DNA from: Candidatus Aenigmatarchaeota archaeon
GTDB taxonomy: Archaea; Aenigmatarchaeota; Aenigmatarchaeia; PWEA01; JACQIF01
Assembly (NCBI GenBank): GCA_016432325.1
Contig: CP066684.1
Span: 416,001 to 480,000 of the forward strand
Reading direction: 5' to 3'
DNA: 64,000 bases
The translations under genes and the position numbers were made by a program. This document shows positions 36,870-46,134 of the stretch, piece by piece; the first letter of the stretch is position 1, and each line of letters opens with the position of its first letter. A model generated the notes under the pieces. It saw only the letters and a list, made by a program, of their open reading frames with translations, did not search any database and was not told where the DNA came from.

Positions 36870-37083
36870 GAAGGAGTTTCCATCCGTGGGGATAAACATG
36901 ACTGGACATGTCTTTAATCTGGACGAGGAAGTGAAAATCGCCAAGAAGGTCGGACTTGGAGAACTAGAAGGTATGATTCAATCGATGATAAATGACAATA
37001 CAGTCGAAGCGGCATGGGACCTATACAGGGCGCGCAGTATCGCTTTCCAAGAACTTTCTGGCAAGGCTTACGTTCCTCAGTGA
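36859..37083 (+). CDS. Small hypothetical protein (AT-richer; start may be 36898)
   Basis: ORF track; GGAG RBS-like sequence upstream of second ATG. Confidence 0.5.
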   Translation: MKIRKEFPSVGINMTGHVFNLDEEVKIAKKVGLGELEGMIQSMINDNTVEAAWDLYRARSIAFQELSGKAYVPQ

Positions 37084-37124
37084 ATCAGTTACGTCTCCAT
37101 AACAAGAAGAAGGTGGGTAATCGA

Positions 37125-37376
37125 ATGACGCGCTCTGACTTTGAAGGATTGGGTCCCGAAGAGATAAAGAAATTCGACGCCGTTCTTGACAGACATCGAA
37201 TACCAGAAGACTGGGGCAATCCATTCGTCGTACACAAGATAGGAGAAGACGTCTACCTCGTAGGCAAACTTTCTTACTACGCAGGAAGCGGGCCCTCTAC
37301 GTGCAGAGGCATCGACAAAGCGATAGACACATTGGATAGCATAGCCGCGCCCGTCGGAACTAAACAGAAAGCTTAA
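37125..37376 (+). CDS. Small hypothetical protein
   Basis: AGGTGG RBS before ATG 37125. Confidence 0.55.
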   Translation: MTRSDFEGLGPEEIKKFDAVLDRHRIPEDWGNPFVVHKIGEDVYLVGKLSYYAGSGPSTCRGIDKAIDTLDSIAAPVGTKQKA

Positions 37377-38472
37377 CCGCCTTCACGACCTCGTCGAAAG
37401 GCGCGTTCGTCTTTATCGCGGTTCTCAGGAAGTGAGTGCTGCCGCACTTGTAGCCTTCTTCAGCGAGCGCGCTGCAGACGGCCTCGATGGAAGGCGCTGA
37501 TATTTTGAATTTTTCTGAGATGTAGTGCGTGTCGTAGTAGAACGGGAACTGCGGCTCGTGGCCCGTTTCCGTGACGAAGTGAGCCTCGTTCGAAAAGCCG
37601 CGCTTCCAAAGCTCGTCGGCCGCGAGCGTGCAGAACTCCTGCGCGTGCAGATCGCCGAGATATATCTCGCCGATGAATTCTGTCTTGCTTTTGCAGGCCT
37701 CGCACGCCGTGTGCAGCCCAAGACTTCTCCACCCGCACGCGAAGCAGTGGCTCACGTAACCGAAGTCGCGAAGCGCGGCGTTCACGTTCTTGTTGCCGTA
37801 GCGCACCTTCGAGTAGACGCGGAAATAATGCCGCCGCGCGTACGCGAACAGCGGAACGATCGTCTTCTCCGCCTCGAAAAACTTGCGCATGACAGCCGTT
37901 ATCAGTATCCGTAAACCAAGCTCGCGATTGTAATCGGTATAAAGCGAACGCAGACCGTACCGGCGTCTGCACACGTCCGGATAGCTGCCTACAAGAGGTC
38001 CCAGATCCGTGGCCGTGAACGCCAGAAAGCCGCGGAAAGAGAACGAACGCACGGCGTTGCTTACGAATTCGATCGGCGAGCCGAAGGGATCGATGTCTAT
38101 GAAATCGAAATGCTCCTTGGCGAGCAAAAGCTTTCCGTCCGTGTTCGTCACGTTAAGCGCGACGCCGTTCTGCTTGGCGTTTTCGCGCATGACGGCGGCG
38201 GCCTTTTCGTGTGAGTCGTTGGCCGTTACGTCAGCGAATCCCGATTCTTTCGCATAGCGCAACGCCCGCACGCCCGTGGCCGCGAGCAGGTCGCACACGC
38301 GCATCTTGCTCTTGGGCAGCTCGGTGAACGCGTCCGCCACGGACGCAGCCGCGACTGAAATGTTGCGGTCGAAAGCCATCTCCGGGTTGTAGAAGACTTC
38401 CCCTTCTTCAGGTCTGGCCACTTTCGGAGTTAGTATGTTTACGGAACCTTCCTGAATGTGTGTGTAAGGCAT
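37360..38472 (-). CDS. trm1: tRNA (guanine26-N2)-dimethyltransferase
   Basis: VFYNPEM..DR, D.LAATGVRALRY, DIDPFGSP, TATD, HY.RVY, CxxC..CxxC. Confidence 0.95.
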   Translation of the reverse strand: MPYTHIQEGSVNILTPKVARPEEGEVFYNPEMAFDRNISVAAASVADAFTELPKSKMRVCDLLAATGVRALRYAKESGFADVTANDSHEKAAAVMRENAKQNGVALNVTNTDGKLLLAKEHFDFIDIDPFGSPIEFVSNAVRSFSFRGFLAFTATDLGPLVGSYPDVCRRRYGLRSLYTDYNRELGLRILITAVMRKFFEAEKTIVPLFAYARRHYFRVYSKVRYGNKNVNAALRDFGYVSHCFACGWRSLGLHTACEACKSKTEFIGEIYLGDLHAQEFCTLAADELWKRGFSNEAHFVTETGHEPQFPFYYDTHYISEKFKISAPSIEAVCSALAEEGYKCGSTHFLRTAIKTNAPFDEVVKAVKLSV

Positions 38473-38501
38473 GCAATAAAGTTCGGAGCCTAGAATAAAA
38501 G

Positions 38502-39914
38502 CTATCGCGCGCTCGTGTGCTCCTTGACTTCTTCCTTCTTGATTTCCTTGTCCTTGGACTGTCCGGCAGCGGCCAGCTTGCGCTGCATCTCTTCCTCCTC
38601 TTCCTTGTCGCCTTTCTTGGCCGAGGCCTTGTAGGCGAGCGCCTCCTTCTTCTCGGCTATCTTCACGTTCACGTCGGGGACCTGCTCCTGGTCCACGCGC
38701 TTCGTGGCTTCCTCGAAGTTCACGCCGAGGTCGTTGTACAGCCTGCGGACCTCGCCCACGAAGCGTCGCACGTATTCTGTCGTAAGCGCGATGTAACGTT
38801 CGGAGACGTCCTCGACCTTCTTCTCGTTCATCTTCTGCCTCATGAACAGCACGCCGTCCAGAACGTCCTCGTAGAACGGGTTCACGAGCTTCGGCTCGGT
38901 GAGATGCTTCTTGAACGCGCGCGGCAGTTCCTTCGGATCCTGCGGCAGCTTGTTCACGGCCTTCAAAGCCGCGACAGAGGCCTTTATCATCACTTCATAT
39001 GCGCGCTGGATGTCCGAACGCTTCCTGCGCACCTCGAGTTCGCGGAGTATCTTCTCCATCTCCGCGACGAACGCCTCCGCCTTCTCTATGTAAGGATCGA
39101 TCTTCGAACTCTCGACGTCCTTTATCTCGCGGTGCTCCACGGCCTTGCGGAACTTCACGACGTCGTCGAGATAGTCAGCGTACTTGGAGTCTATCAGGCC
39201 CGGCTCGACCAGATATTTCTTCATGTCGCCTGCCGCATGCATCGGGTGCGGAATGTCGCGACCCATGTACATCAGAACGGCCTCTTCCGCGCCTATCATG
39301 GCGAGATACAAATCTTCCGCGATGAGCCACAGTTTGGCGCTCTTGGCGCGCGAGATGCGCCTCGGAACGTCGCCCCATCTCCTCTGCGAGGCTTCGGGCG
39401 TGGCCGCTATCTCTCCCATCTCGAGAAGGCGCTTGTGCGTGAGGAAGAAGCCCGTATCGTACGTCGGCATGCCGTCCTTCATGAGCTCGTAAGCGAGAGG
39501 CGTGAACGCGCGGACCATCTTGACGAACTCCGTTATGGTCCACACGGGCTGCGACGCGATGCGCTCGTCCAGCTTGCGGCCCGTGTCGTATATCCAGTCG
39601 TCCATCTCCACGCGCTGCGCGTCCGTGAGCTTGTCGCGCGTGTCGTCGACGAGTATGACGAAGTCGAGATCGCTCTTCTTCTTGAACTCCCCGCGGACCG
39701 TCGAGCCCCAGACGATGACGGACTTTATCCACGGACCGTACTTGTCGAGAATCTTCTTGGTGAACTTCTTTGCCAGTTCGATGCGCTCCTGTCGCTGCCT
39801 CTCAAATTCGCGCTCGGCCTTGGTCATCTTCTTCTTGGCCTTGCCGCTCTCCGGAGATATGGGTTTCAGAGTCTCCTTCTTTGCGGACCGTTTAGAACCC
39901 TTCTTTGCCACCAT
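38502..39914 (-). CDS. Minimal nucleotidyltransferase fused to two HEPN-like domains
   Basis: WGSTVRG...SDLD (Pol-beta NTase); first HEPN with RKAVEH (Rx4H); second degenerate; GGTGA RBS before ATG 39914. Confidence 0.85.
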   Translation of the reverse strand: MVAKKGSKRSAKKETLKPISPESGKAKKKMTKAEREFERQRQERIELAKKFTKKILDKYGPWIKSVIVWGSTVRGEFKKKSDLDFVILVDDTRDKLTDAQRVEMDDWIYDTGRKLDERIASQPVWTITEFVKMVRAFTPLAYELMKDGMPTYDTGFFLTHKRLLEMGEIAATPEASQRRWGDVPRRISRAKSAKLWLIAEDLYLAMIGAEEAVLMYMGRDIPHPMHAAGDMKKYLVEPGLIDSKYADYLDDVVKFRKAVEHREIKDVESSKIDPYIEKAEAFVAEMEKILRELEVRRKRSDIQRAYEVMIKASVAALKAVNKLPQDPKELPRAFKKHLTEPKLVNPFYEDVLDGVLFMRQKMNEKKVEDVSERYIALTTEYVRRFVGEVRRLYNDLGVNFEEATKRVDQEQVPDVNVKIAEKKEALAYKASAKKGDKEEEEEMQRKLAAAGQSKDKEIKKEEVKEHTSAR

Positions 39915-39978
39915 AATCACCGTGTCCTGCCTATCGTCAGAACGGTATCTATAAAAAGACCACTTCTGCGCGCCCAAC

Positions 39979-41832
39979 TTATCTAAATTCCTCTCTGGCC
40001 CACGTCTCAAGCTTCCTGGGACTCTTCTTCACCAGTTCGCCGGACATCCAGCCGTGCGCCAGTTCAGGGAACTCGAGAGTGCCCTCTATCGGCTTGAACA
40101 TGTTCCTCTCCATTATTCTCTTTTCCAGCTCGACCTCTGCGGGACCGAGGCCGAAAAACTCCGGAGGCAGTTCCTCGGGCGGTATCCTGGCGTCGAGCAT
40201 CTTGGCCATCGATTTGAGGGCTATGATAGTTTCTCCCCACCGCTGTTCCGGAGCGCGGCCGCCGCCCCACTCGTATGTCAGGTATCCTTTCTTGAAGCCG
40301 CGCTTGCGGAGCTCCCACAGAAGCTTGTACAGGTTCACGTCTCCCCGTTCGACAGGATGCATCAGGTGATTGACTCCGGGATGCGAATTGACGTCCGTGT
40401 TCACCACGAACTCTCCTATATCCAGAGGGAAGCTCTTGGCTTCGTCCCAGGGATCGTAGCCGTGCATGGCTATGTGCTCCCAGTCGATGGAAAGCCGTAT
40501 GTTCGGGTGGCCTATTACCTTTATCACGTGGTAGATGTGCGTCGGGCGCATGAGCCTGAACCTTCTCTGCCCCCTTCCTTCGCCCCCGCGGGCGTCAGGA
40601 TTTTCAAAGAGAATCATCACGCCTTCGCTGGAGAGCTTGTTCAGATACTTCTCGAAGTGGCCGCGTATGTAGGCGCCTGCGACAGCGTCCACCATTTTAA
40701 TCTGGTCGTCGCGGTGGCCTTCAATCAGCTTGTCCGGACTTGCGCTTCCGCATATCGTAGTCCACATCGGGTCCCCGCGGTCATACAGCCACCACGCCAC
40801 TATGCAATAGGCCATCCATTCGGTGATGTCTTCGTTGAAGTGGCCCTCTTCCAAGAGTTCGCCGTGCAGAAGCTCGTGGAACTTCTTGCGTATCTCTTCC
40901 TTGTCGTCCTTCTCGAGCCCTATCTTCTTCATCACGGCCTCGAGCGTGGGCTCCTTGTTCCCCGCGTACTGCAGTTCCCTTTGCGCCCTTCCGGAGAGCG
41001 TGCGCCACATGTCTTCAAGGTTGTAGTTGCGCGCGAACTCCGTGATGTAGTGTTTTTTGGCGCCGGCGCTTTTTTTCAGCGTCTCGTATATTCCTTTGCC
41101 GTCGGGGCCCAGATACCTCCGGTTTGACTTGTAGACTCCTTCGTGAATCTGCGGCTGAGGATAGACGGCTGCGTGGAAGTTGACGTAGAGGGCTTTCAGG
41201 TCCTTCACCATCTTTATGTATTCCTTCAGAGAGAGGTCCGCGTGTTCCCATATCTCCTTGTCCGCCTGCGTGAAATCGACAGTGACGTCTCCGTGTATCG
41301 CCCATTTCATTCCCTGCGCTTCTGAAAGGTGCTTCAAATCGTCCTTGTCCTTGGGCGTCAGGTGGTTGTAGCTCTCTATGTCTATGCGCATCACGTCGCA
41401 ACCCTTGCCGAGGTTGCTCGCGACTTCTTCTATGACTGTCGCGCGGTCGGCCGTGGGCAGGCCGGACGTGACGCCGACAAGGAAGTTCTTCGATTCTAAG
41501 CCATCCCACGCCTTCTTGCGCTCGATCGCAGGGATTGACGATTTTATCTGTTCGCGCACCTCGAAGAACTTGGAGACGTACTTCTCCAGCTTGCCCTTGA
41601 CTTTGAACTCCCGCTTCAGTTCGCTCACGGTCTTCTTGCCGAATATTACCTTGCCGTCCACGAGCACCACAGGAAACGCGTCCACCCCTTTCGTAAGCGC
41701 CATTGCTTCCTGACGCATCGACGGATACTTGTCAACGTCGTACTCTGTGAAGGAGACTCCGTTCTCTCTGAGAAAGTTCTTGACCTCTATCGAAAGACTG
41801 TCATCCTTGACGTATACGCGTACGACAGCCAT
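39979..41832 (-). CDS. Glutaredoxin-like domain (no CxxC) fused to xylose-isomerase/AP-endonuclease-2-like TIM barrel
   Basis: KNFL...GVSFTEYDVD...FPVVLVDGKVIFG; metal-ligand pattern HGD, NFH, FEN, DWEH, H..H, YE. Confidence 0.75.
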   Translation of the reverse strand: MAVVRVYVKDDSLSIEVKNFLRENGVSFTEYDVDKYPSMRQEAMALTKGVDAFPVVLVDGKVIFGKKTVSELKREFKVKGKLEKYVSKFFEVREQIKSSIPAIERKKAWDGLESKNFLVGVTSGLPTADRATVIEEVASNLGKGCDVMRIDIESYNHLTPKDKDDLKHLSEAQGMKWAIHGDVTVDFTQADKEIWEHADLSLKEYIKMVKDLKALYVNFHAAVYPQPQIHEGVYKSNRRYLGPDGKGIYETLKKSAGAKKHYITEFARNYNLEDMWRTLSGRAQRELQYAGNKEPTLEAVMKKIGLEKDDKEEIRKKFHELLHGELLEEGHFNEDITEWMAYCIVAWWLYDRGDPMWTTICGSASPDKLIEGHRDDQIKMVDAVAGAYIRGHFEKYLNKLSSEGVMILFENPDARGGEGRGQRRFRLMRPTHIYHVIKVIGHPNIRLSIDWEHIAMHGYDPWDEAKSFPLDIGEFVVNTDVNSHPGVNHLMHPVERGDVNLYKLLWELRKRGFKKGYLTYEWGGGRAPEQRWGETIIALKSMAKMLDARIPPEELPPEFFGLGPAEVELEKRIMERNMFKPIEGTLEFPELAHGWMSGELVKKSPRKLETWAREEFR

Positions 41833-41864
41833 TCGTCAATCTCCCCCATATCCAGCCATGCGCA

Positions 41865-43094
41865 TCACTCGCGTTCGAGCGGGTATCTCTGCAGCTTCAT
41901 CCCGCCGGTCATCTCCTTTATCGCGTCGTAGAGCGCTATCGTCTCCTCTTTGACGGTCTTCTCAAGGACGTCTTTGACAGTCGAACCTCCTGCCAACGAA
42001 CCTCTCAGATAGGTCTCTGCGGTTTTCGCCGATTCGGACGCGGCCTTGTGAAGCTTCCTGACGACCGTCTCTTCCTCCTCGGCCTCTTCCTTCGGCGCCT
42101 CCATCTCGCGCTCGCCGCGGAACTCCTCGAGGCTCTTCATCAGCGCGTCCTCCTTATCCTTTATCTCCTTCTTCTTCGCGATTATCTCGTCTGCGCTCTT
42201 CAGCGAACTGTCTATCGTTATCCGCATCCCCTCTATCTCCTTGCCGCGGTTGACGACCTGGTCCCTGCGTATCGATATTTCGATGTAGATGTAGAAGGGG
42301 TACGCCTCCTCGCCTTCCATGAAAGTGCGCGACTCCTGAATCATCTGCCTGCCTGGTATGAGAGCGCCCCTCCACGCCGCAAGATCGACGCCTGCGACGC
42401 TCGTCATGTAACCCTCTATCAGCATCGGGTTTGAAAGAAGATCCGCCGGAGCGTGCTCCGAAACCTTCATCTTGTGCATGGCGTCTATGTACGGCCTCAA
42501 CGATGCCTTGTAGTTCTCGAGAGACGCGTTTCGCGCGTTCAGTTCCTCCCGCAGGACGCGCACGCGTTCTTCGACGGCCTTGCTGAACGTATCGCGCCAC
42601 TGCTGGAACTGCTTCCACTTGATTTGCAGGATGCTCTTCTCGGACTTAGATATCTTCAGGTCGTCGATGTCGCGCTCGCTCTTTATCTTGAAGAAGTCGG
42701 CGACGATCGACGGGAACCTTCCCGCGCGCGCGAGCTGGAACATGCTGTTCGGGGACTGCATGTCTATGAAGTCCATGTAATCGGACTTGAGAACGTCGAG
42801 ATTGTTCTTCCTGTGGTGTTCCAGCGCGTTCTCGAACTTCCTCAGGTCGTGCTTCAGCAGCTCGAGCGCGTGCCTCTGCTCGCCTATGTAAATCATTATC
42901 TGCGCGAGGCGCCCTTCTGTCGCCTGACGGCGCTGCATCACTTCGGCGTGGTGCGCGGTCTTGGGGTTGATGTAGAGCCAGTCGTCGGTCTTTTTGACAG
43001 TATACCCGCGCTTCACCAGCCAGTCGAGCATCCCGAAGTAGGCCTGCTGCGTCGGTATGCCCAGCTCTGCCGTTACCTTGAGTTCCTTTTTCAT
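41865..43094 (-). CDS. Alpha-helical/coiled-coil hypothetical protein
   Basis: Long ORF, GGAGG RBS, heptad patterns. Confidence 0.8.
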   Translation of the reverse strand: MKKELKVTAELGIPTQQAYFGMLDWLVKRGYTVKKTDDWLYINPKTAHHAEVMQRRQATEGRLAQIMIYIGEQRHALELLKHDLRKFENALEHHRKNNLDVLKSDYMDFIDMQSPNSMFQLARAGRFPSIVADFFKIKSERDIDDLKISKSEKSILQIKWKQFQQWRDTFSKAVEERVRVLREELNARNASLENYKASLRPYIDAMHKMKVSEHAPADLLSNPMLIEGYMTSVAGVDLAAWRGALIPGRQMIQESRTFMEGEEAYPFYIYIEISIRRDQVVNRGKEIEGMRITIDSSLKSADEIIAKKKEIKDKEDALMKSLEEFRGEREMEAPKEEAEEEETVVRKLHKAASESAKTAETYLRGSLAGGSTVKDVLEKTVKEETIALYDAIKEMTGGMKLQRYPLERE

Positions 43095-43146
43095 CGTTCG
43101 GCCTCCTGTCCAATTGGGTTCAGAACGATTTAAACGTTGGAGAGAA

Positions 43147-43641
43147 CTAATCCTTCTTGCCGCCGGCTATCCACCAGACTCCCAGCGCGATTATGACCAG
43201 GAAAAACGCCAGTCCGAGGCCTCCGCCGATACGGATGTTGTTCAGGCCTATCAGTTCAGGGCCTCCTGCTGCTATGAAGATTACGAGCGCTATCATTATG
43301 AAGACCGCGCCTGTCCATTTCGGGTGGGATTCCCAGATATGCTTGCCGCCGCCCTGCTTGATACCTGTCGCCTCGGCCATGATGAGTAGCGTCAGGACGG
43401 TCGCCACTATTACCATGAAGCCCAGCACGACTCCCTCCAAAAATGGGAAGAGCGTGCCGCCCAGAGGCAGCGCCAGGAAGCCCGCGAGCAGCGCGATCAT
43501 GCCTCGGATGGACTTGTCCTTGGGAACGCTCACGTGGTCGAGGATTCCGTAGACTATGGCAATGGCCAGGAGAAATGGGATTATGTAAGCGAATATGCCC
43601 GCGTCCGACAGAGCCTGCACGCCGCGTTCAACCAAAGCCAT
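43147..43641 (-). CDS. Integral membrane protein (~5 TM)
   Basis: IIPFLLAIAIVYGIL...IALL; paralog of 43721..44242. Confidence 0.8.
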   Translation of the reverse strand: MALVERGVQALSDAGIFAYIIPFLLAIAIVYGILDHVSVPKDKSIRGMIALLAGFLALPLGGTLFPFLEGVVLGFMVIVATVLTLLIMAEATGIKQGGGKHIWESHPKWTGAVFIMIALVIFIAAGGPELIGLNNIRIGGGLGLAFFLVIIALGVWWIAGGKKD

Positions 43642-43720
43642 GGTATCACTTGACCCGGAATCTATATAAAACGCTATGTGTTTTGAAGTTCCCTCGCCGC
43701 TGGCGAAGGGAACTATATGC

Positions 43721-44242
43721 CTACTTGCCGCCCTTGCCGCTCCCCATGTACGCGTAATAGAGCATCTGGAAGATGAACAGGAGCGTCAGCAAAGTGATTG
43801 CGTTTCTCGTGCCTATCAGAGGCACCTCGAAGTCTCCCAGAAGACCGAAGCCGAAGGTCACCAGCATCAGAAGTATGATTCCGGCGCCGATTATAGTGAA
43901 GTGCGGATGCTCCTTGAGGTTCTCCGCGCCCTTGCCCCTCAGGCCGAATACTTCAAGCAGGAAGGTGAGTATGAACAGACCCACGAAAACCCATACCAAG
44001 GAGATGAAGTTCGCTTCGAAGAAGGCAACGAACGCGCGGTTGGCCGCGGCGAAGAACGCGAAGACCAGGGCGAGCAGGACGTTCACGCCGTTGTTCTGGA
44101 AGAGCGCGAAACTCTTGTTCTGCTTGCCGACCGTGGCGAGTATGCCGTAAACCGTCGCGAACGTGAAGAAGAGCGCGAGCCATTCGACAGGGACGCTTGG
44201 TATTCCAGTCGCGCTTCCAAAGAAGCCTGAAGTGTGGGACAT
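43721..44242 (-). CDS. Integral membrane protein (~5 TM)
   Basis: FFTFATVYGIL...NVLLALVFAF; shared E..G.....EHP motif with neighbour. Confidence 0.8.
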   Translation of the reverse strand: MSHTSGFFGSATGIPSVPVEWLALFFTFATVYGILATVGKQNKSFALFQNNGVNVLLALVFAFFAAANRAFVAFFEANFISLVWVFVGLFILTFLLEVFGLRGKGAENLKEHPHFTIIGAGIILLMLVTFGFGLLGDFEVPLIGTRNAITLLTLLFIFQMLYYAYMGSGKGGK

Positions 44243-44244
44243 TG

Positions 44245-44886
44245 TCAGGCCTCCAGGTCGTCTATCTGGCGCTGAATATCGCGGACGAGCCGTTCCTGTT
44301 CGTCCAGCTGTCTTTCGAGGCTCCTCTTCCTTCTCGGATCAGTCGCCGCGTCATAGTCCCGACGCACTTCCACCGTCTTTTTCTGCTCTCTCTCCAGCCT
44401 CTTCTTCAGCTTCTCTACGTCCTTGCTCCTGTCCCTCTCCTCTTCCTGGTCCTCATGGCGCGACTTCAGCTTCTCCCCGAATTTCTGGCCGAGCTTGAAG
44501 CGGGCGCCGACATCGGCCGGATGCCAAATCCTCGTAAGGAAGAAGTACCCGAGACCGAAGGCTATCGTAGCCCACAGCCAGACGATGAGCCAGGACGCAA
44601 GGATTCCGTACCATCCCGAATAGACGAGCATGATGTAGACGGCCAGGCCGAAGAGCGTGCCCAGCGCCTTGTTCTCCTGGAATGTATGCATCCCCCGGCT
44701 TATGATATAGATGTAGATTAGCAGCACTATGTGCGGCACGAAGAACGCGAAGAGCAGGTCGTGCTGCGGGACGCCTGTTATGCAGCCGTACGTGTTCGTT
44801 CCGACACAGTCCGGTACCTTCAGCACTTGACGGAGAAGGATGTCTGCGATGTCGTTGCTTCCTGTTCCGAGGTTGTGGAAAGACAT
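44245..44886 (-). CDS. Membrane protein (3 TM) with charged C-terminal coiled coil
   Basis: Hydrophobic N-half; E/K/R-rich tail. Confidence 0.8.
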   Translation of the reverse strand: MSFHNLGTGSNDIADILLRQVLKVPDCVGTNTYGCITGVPQHDLLFAFFVPHIVLLIYIYIISRGMHTFQENKALGTLFGLAVYIMLVYSGWYGILASWLIVWLWATIAFGLGYFFLTRIWHPADVGARFKLGQKFGEKLKSRHEDQEEERDRSKDVEKLKKRLEREQKKTVEVRRDYDAATDPRRKRSLERQLDEQERLVRDIQRQIDDLEA

Positions 44887-44914
44887 TGGACCACTTTTAA
44901 GACTGTTTTAATTG

Positions 44915-44973
44915 AAAAGAACAGAATATAAAAAGATAAAGGGAGGGAACCGGGTTTAAAAAACGGTTCTCCT
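44915..44973 (-). terminator. Possible hairpin + T-rich terminator after 44974..45318
   Basis: GAGGGAACCG...CGGTTCTCCTC followed by T-tracts on the minus strand. Confidence 0.4.
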
Positions 44974-45318
44974 CTAGGCGGGCGGCGGACGCAGAGCCGC
45001 AGGCCACCTTACGTGATAGTTGTCCACTACCGTGTTTGTGGCCGCGTTTCTTTCAAGTCCATCGTACACGAGTTGCGCATCCGGCAGTCGCTGAGCCAGC
45101 TGCTCCTCGAATCTCCTGCCGCTGTTGCCGGGATTGCGACTCGCCCATTCCCGAACAGCCGTTCTCTTCTCTTCTGGAGTCTGCACTCTTTGCAGAGCCT
45201 CCACGTAGAAAGGCTCGCGATTCTCTCTCGGCTGATCCGGAGGCAAATCTATCAAGTCCGTTTCCGCGTCAAACCGGCGCTCTGTGCGCGCTCTCCAATA
45301 CTGCAATACAGTTGTCAT
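44974..45318 (-). CDS. Hypothetical protein
   Basis: GGAGGAG RBS; coupled to upstream ORF. Confidence 0.65.
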   Translation of the reverse strand: MTTVLQYWRARTERRFDAETDLIDLPPDQPRENREPFYVEALQRVQTPEEKRTAVREWASRNPGNSGRRFEEQLAQRLPDAQLVYDGLERNAATNTVVDNYHVRWPAALRPPPA

Positions 45319-45320
45319 AT

Positions 45321-45569
45321 CTAGTGCTCCTCCTCTCCTTCGATCACGGAATCGCCTCGTGTTCCTCTGCTTCCGTAGCTGACTGTCCTGTGTCTGAAGG
45401 CATCGAATGCCCTGTTCGAATCCAACATCTCGCCAAGCCTTCTTCCTTCCTCAAGTCTTGCGCGGTCTGTTTGGTTTCTCGCTTGCCATGTCTGATAGGC
45501 AGTATAACCGAGCGCCAATACGCCTATTGTTATGGCGCCTCCGGCTACCGCACTTTCTACGTCTACCAT
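45321..45569 (-). CDS. Small single-TM protein with FDAFRHRTVSYGSRGTRG motif
   Basis: GGGGTG RBS; TM helix; motif shared with upstream ORF. Confidence 0.7.
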   Translation of the reverse strand: MVDVESAVAGGAITIGVLALGYTAYQTWQARNQTDRARLEEGRRLGEMLDSNRAFDAFRHRTVSYGSRGTRGDSVIEGEEEH

Positions 45570-45605
45570 TTTATTACACCCCCTCGAGTCTCCTCAAGAT
45601 CATGA

Positions 45606-46133
45606 CTAGTTCGTGCTCGGTCCGCGCACGCCGCGGCTCCCGTAGCTCACGTGCCTGTGCCTGTATGCGTCGAATTGCGTCGCGTACTCGGCGAATTCCG
45701 CCGCGAGAGTTTGGTACTGCTTCTCCATCGCGGCGAATCTCTTGTTCATCTTGTCAACATCCGGCGAGTCCTTGCCCATCGGCTTGCCCTCGGCGGCGAA
45801 TATGCCCGCGAGTTCCGCAACGCCCGGCACCAACGCGATTGTGTTGAAGAAGTTCGTGTTCAGGGACTGGCCTATGGCGAATTCGACAGGCATCCTCCCC
45901 TTGTCGATGAACTGCATCTGATTCCATGAGGTCGGTATCGCATCGTTCCTCTGTAGAATATCCAGGTACGGGTTGTCCTCTTCGGCTGGTTTAAGCTTCT
46001 GCATGACGGTCCTGTAATTGCTCAGTTCTGTTTTCATCGACTCTACAATCTTTCCCAGATGACCAATCTGCCTGCTGTTATCTGCCCCAAGCTGTATCAT
46101 CACTTCTATCGGATCCTGCTGTACATGCACCAT
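45606..46133 (-). CDS. Coiled-coil protein ending in FDAYRHRHVSYGSRGVRG motif
   Basis: ORF track; GGGGTGA RBS. Confidence 0.72.
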   Translation of the reverse strand: MVHVQQDPIEVMIQLGADNSRQIGHLGKIVESMKTELSNYRTVMQKLKPAEEDNPYLDILQRNDAIPTSWNQMQFIDKGRMPVEFAIGQSLNTNFFNTIALVPGVAELAGIFAAEGKPMGKDSPDVDKMNKRFAAMEKQYQTLAAEFAEYATQFDAYRHRHVSYGSRGVRGPSTN

Positions 46134-46134
46134 A

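Noticed and set aside
38517-39986. 489-aa + strand ORF and other long antisense ORFs (e.g. 40054..41127, 31644..32876, 57341..59161, 28977..30158)
   Set aside because: Shadow frames of well-supported genes caused by GC-rich codon bias; no recognisable motifs
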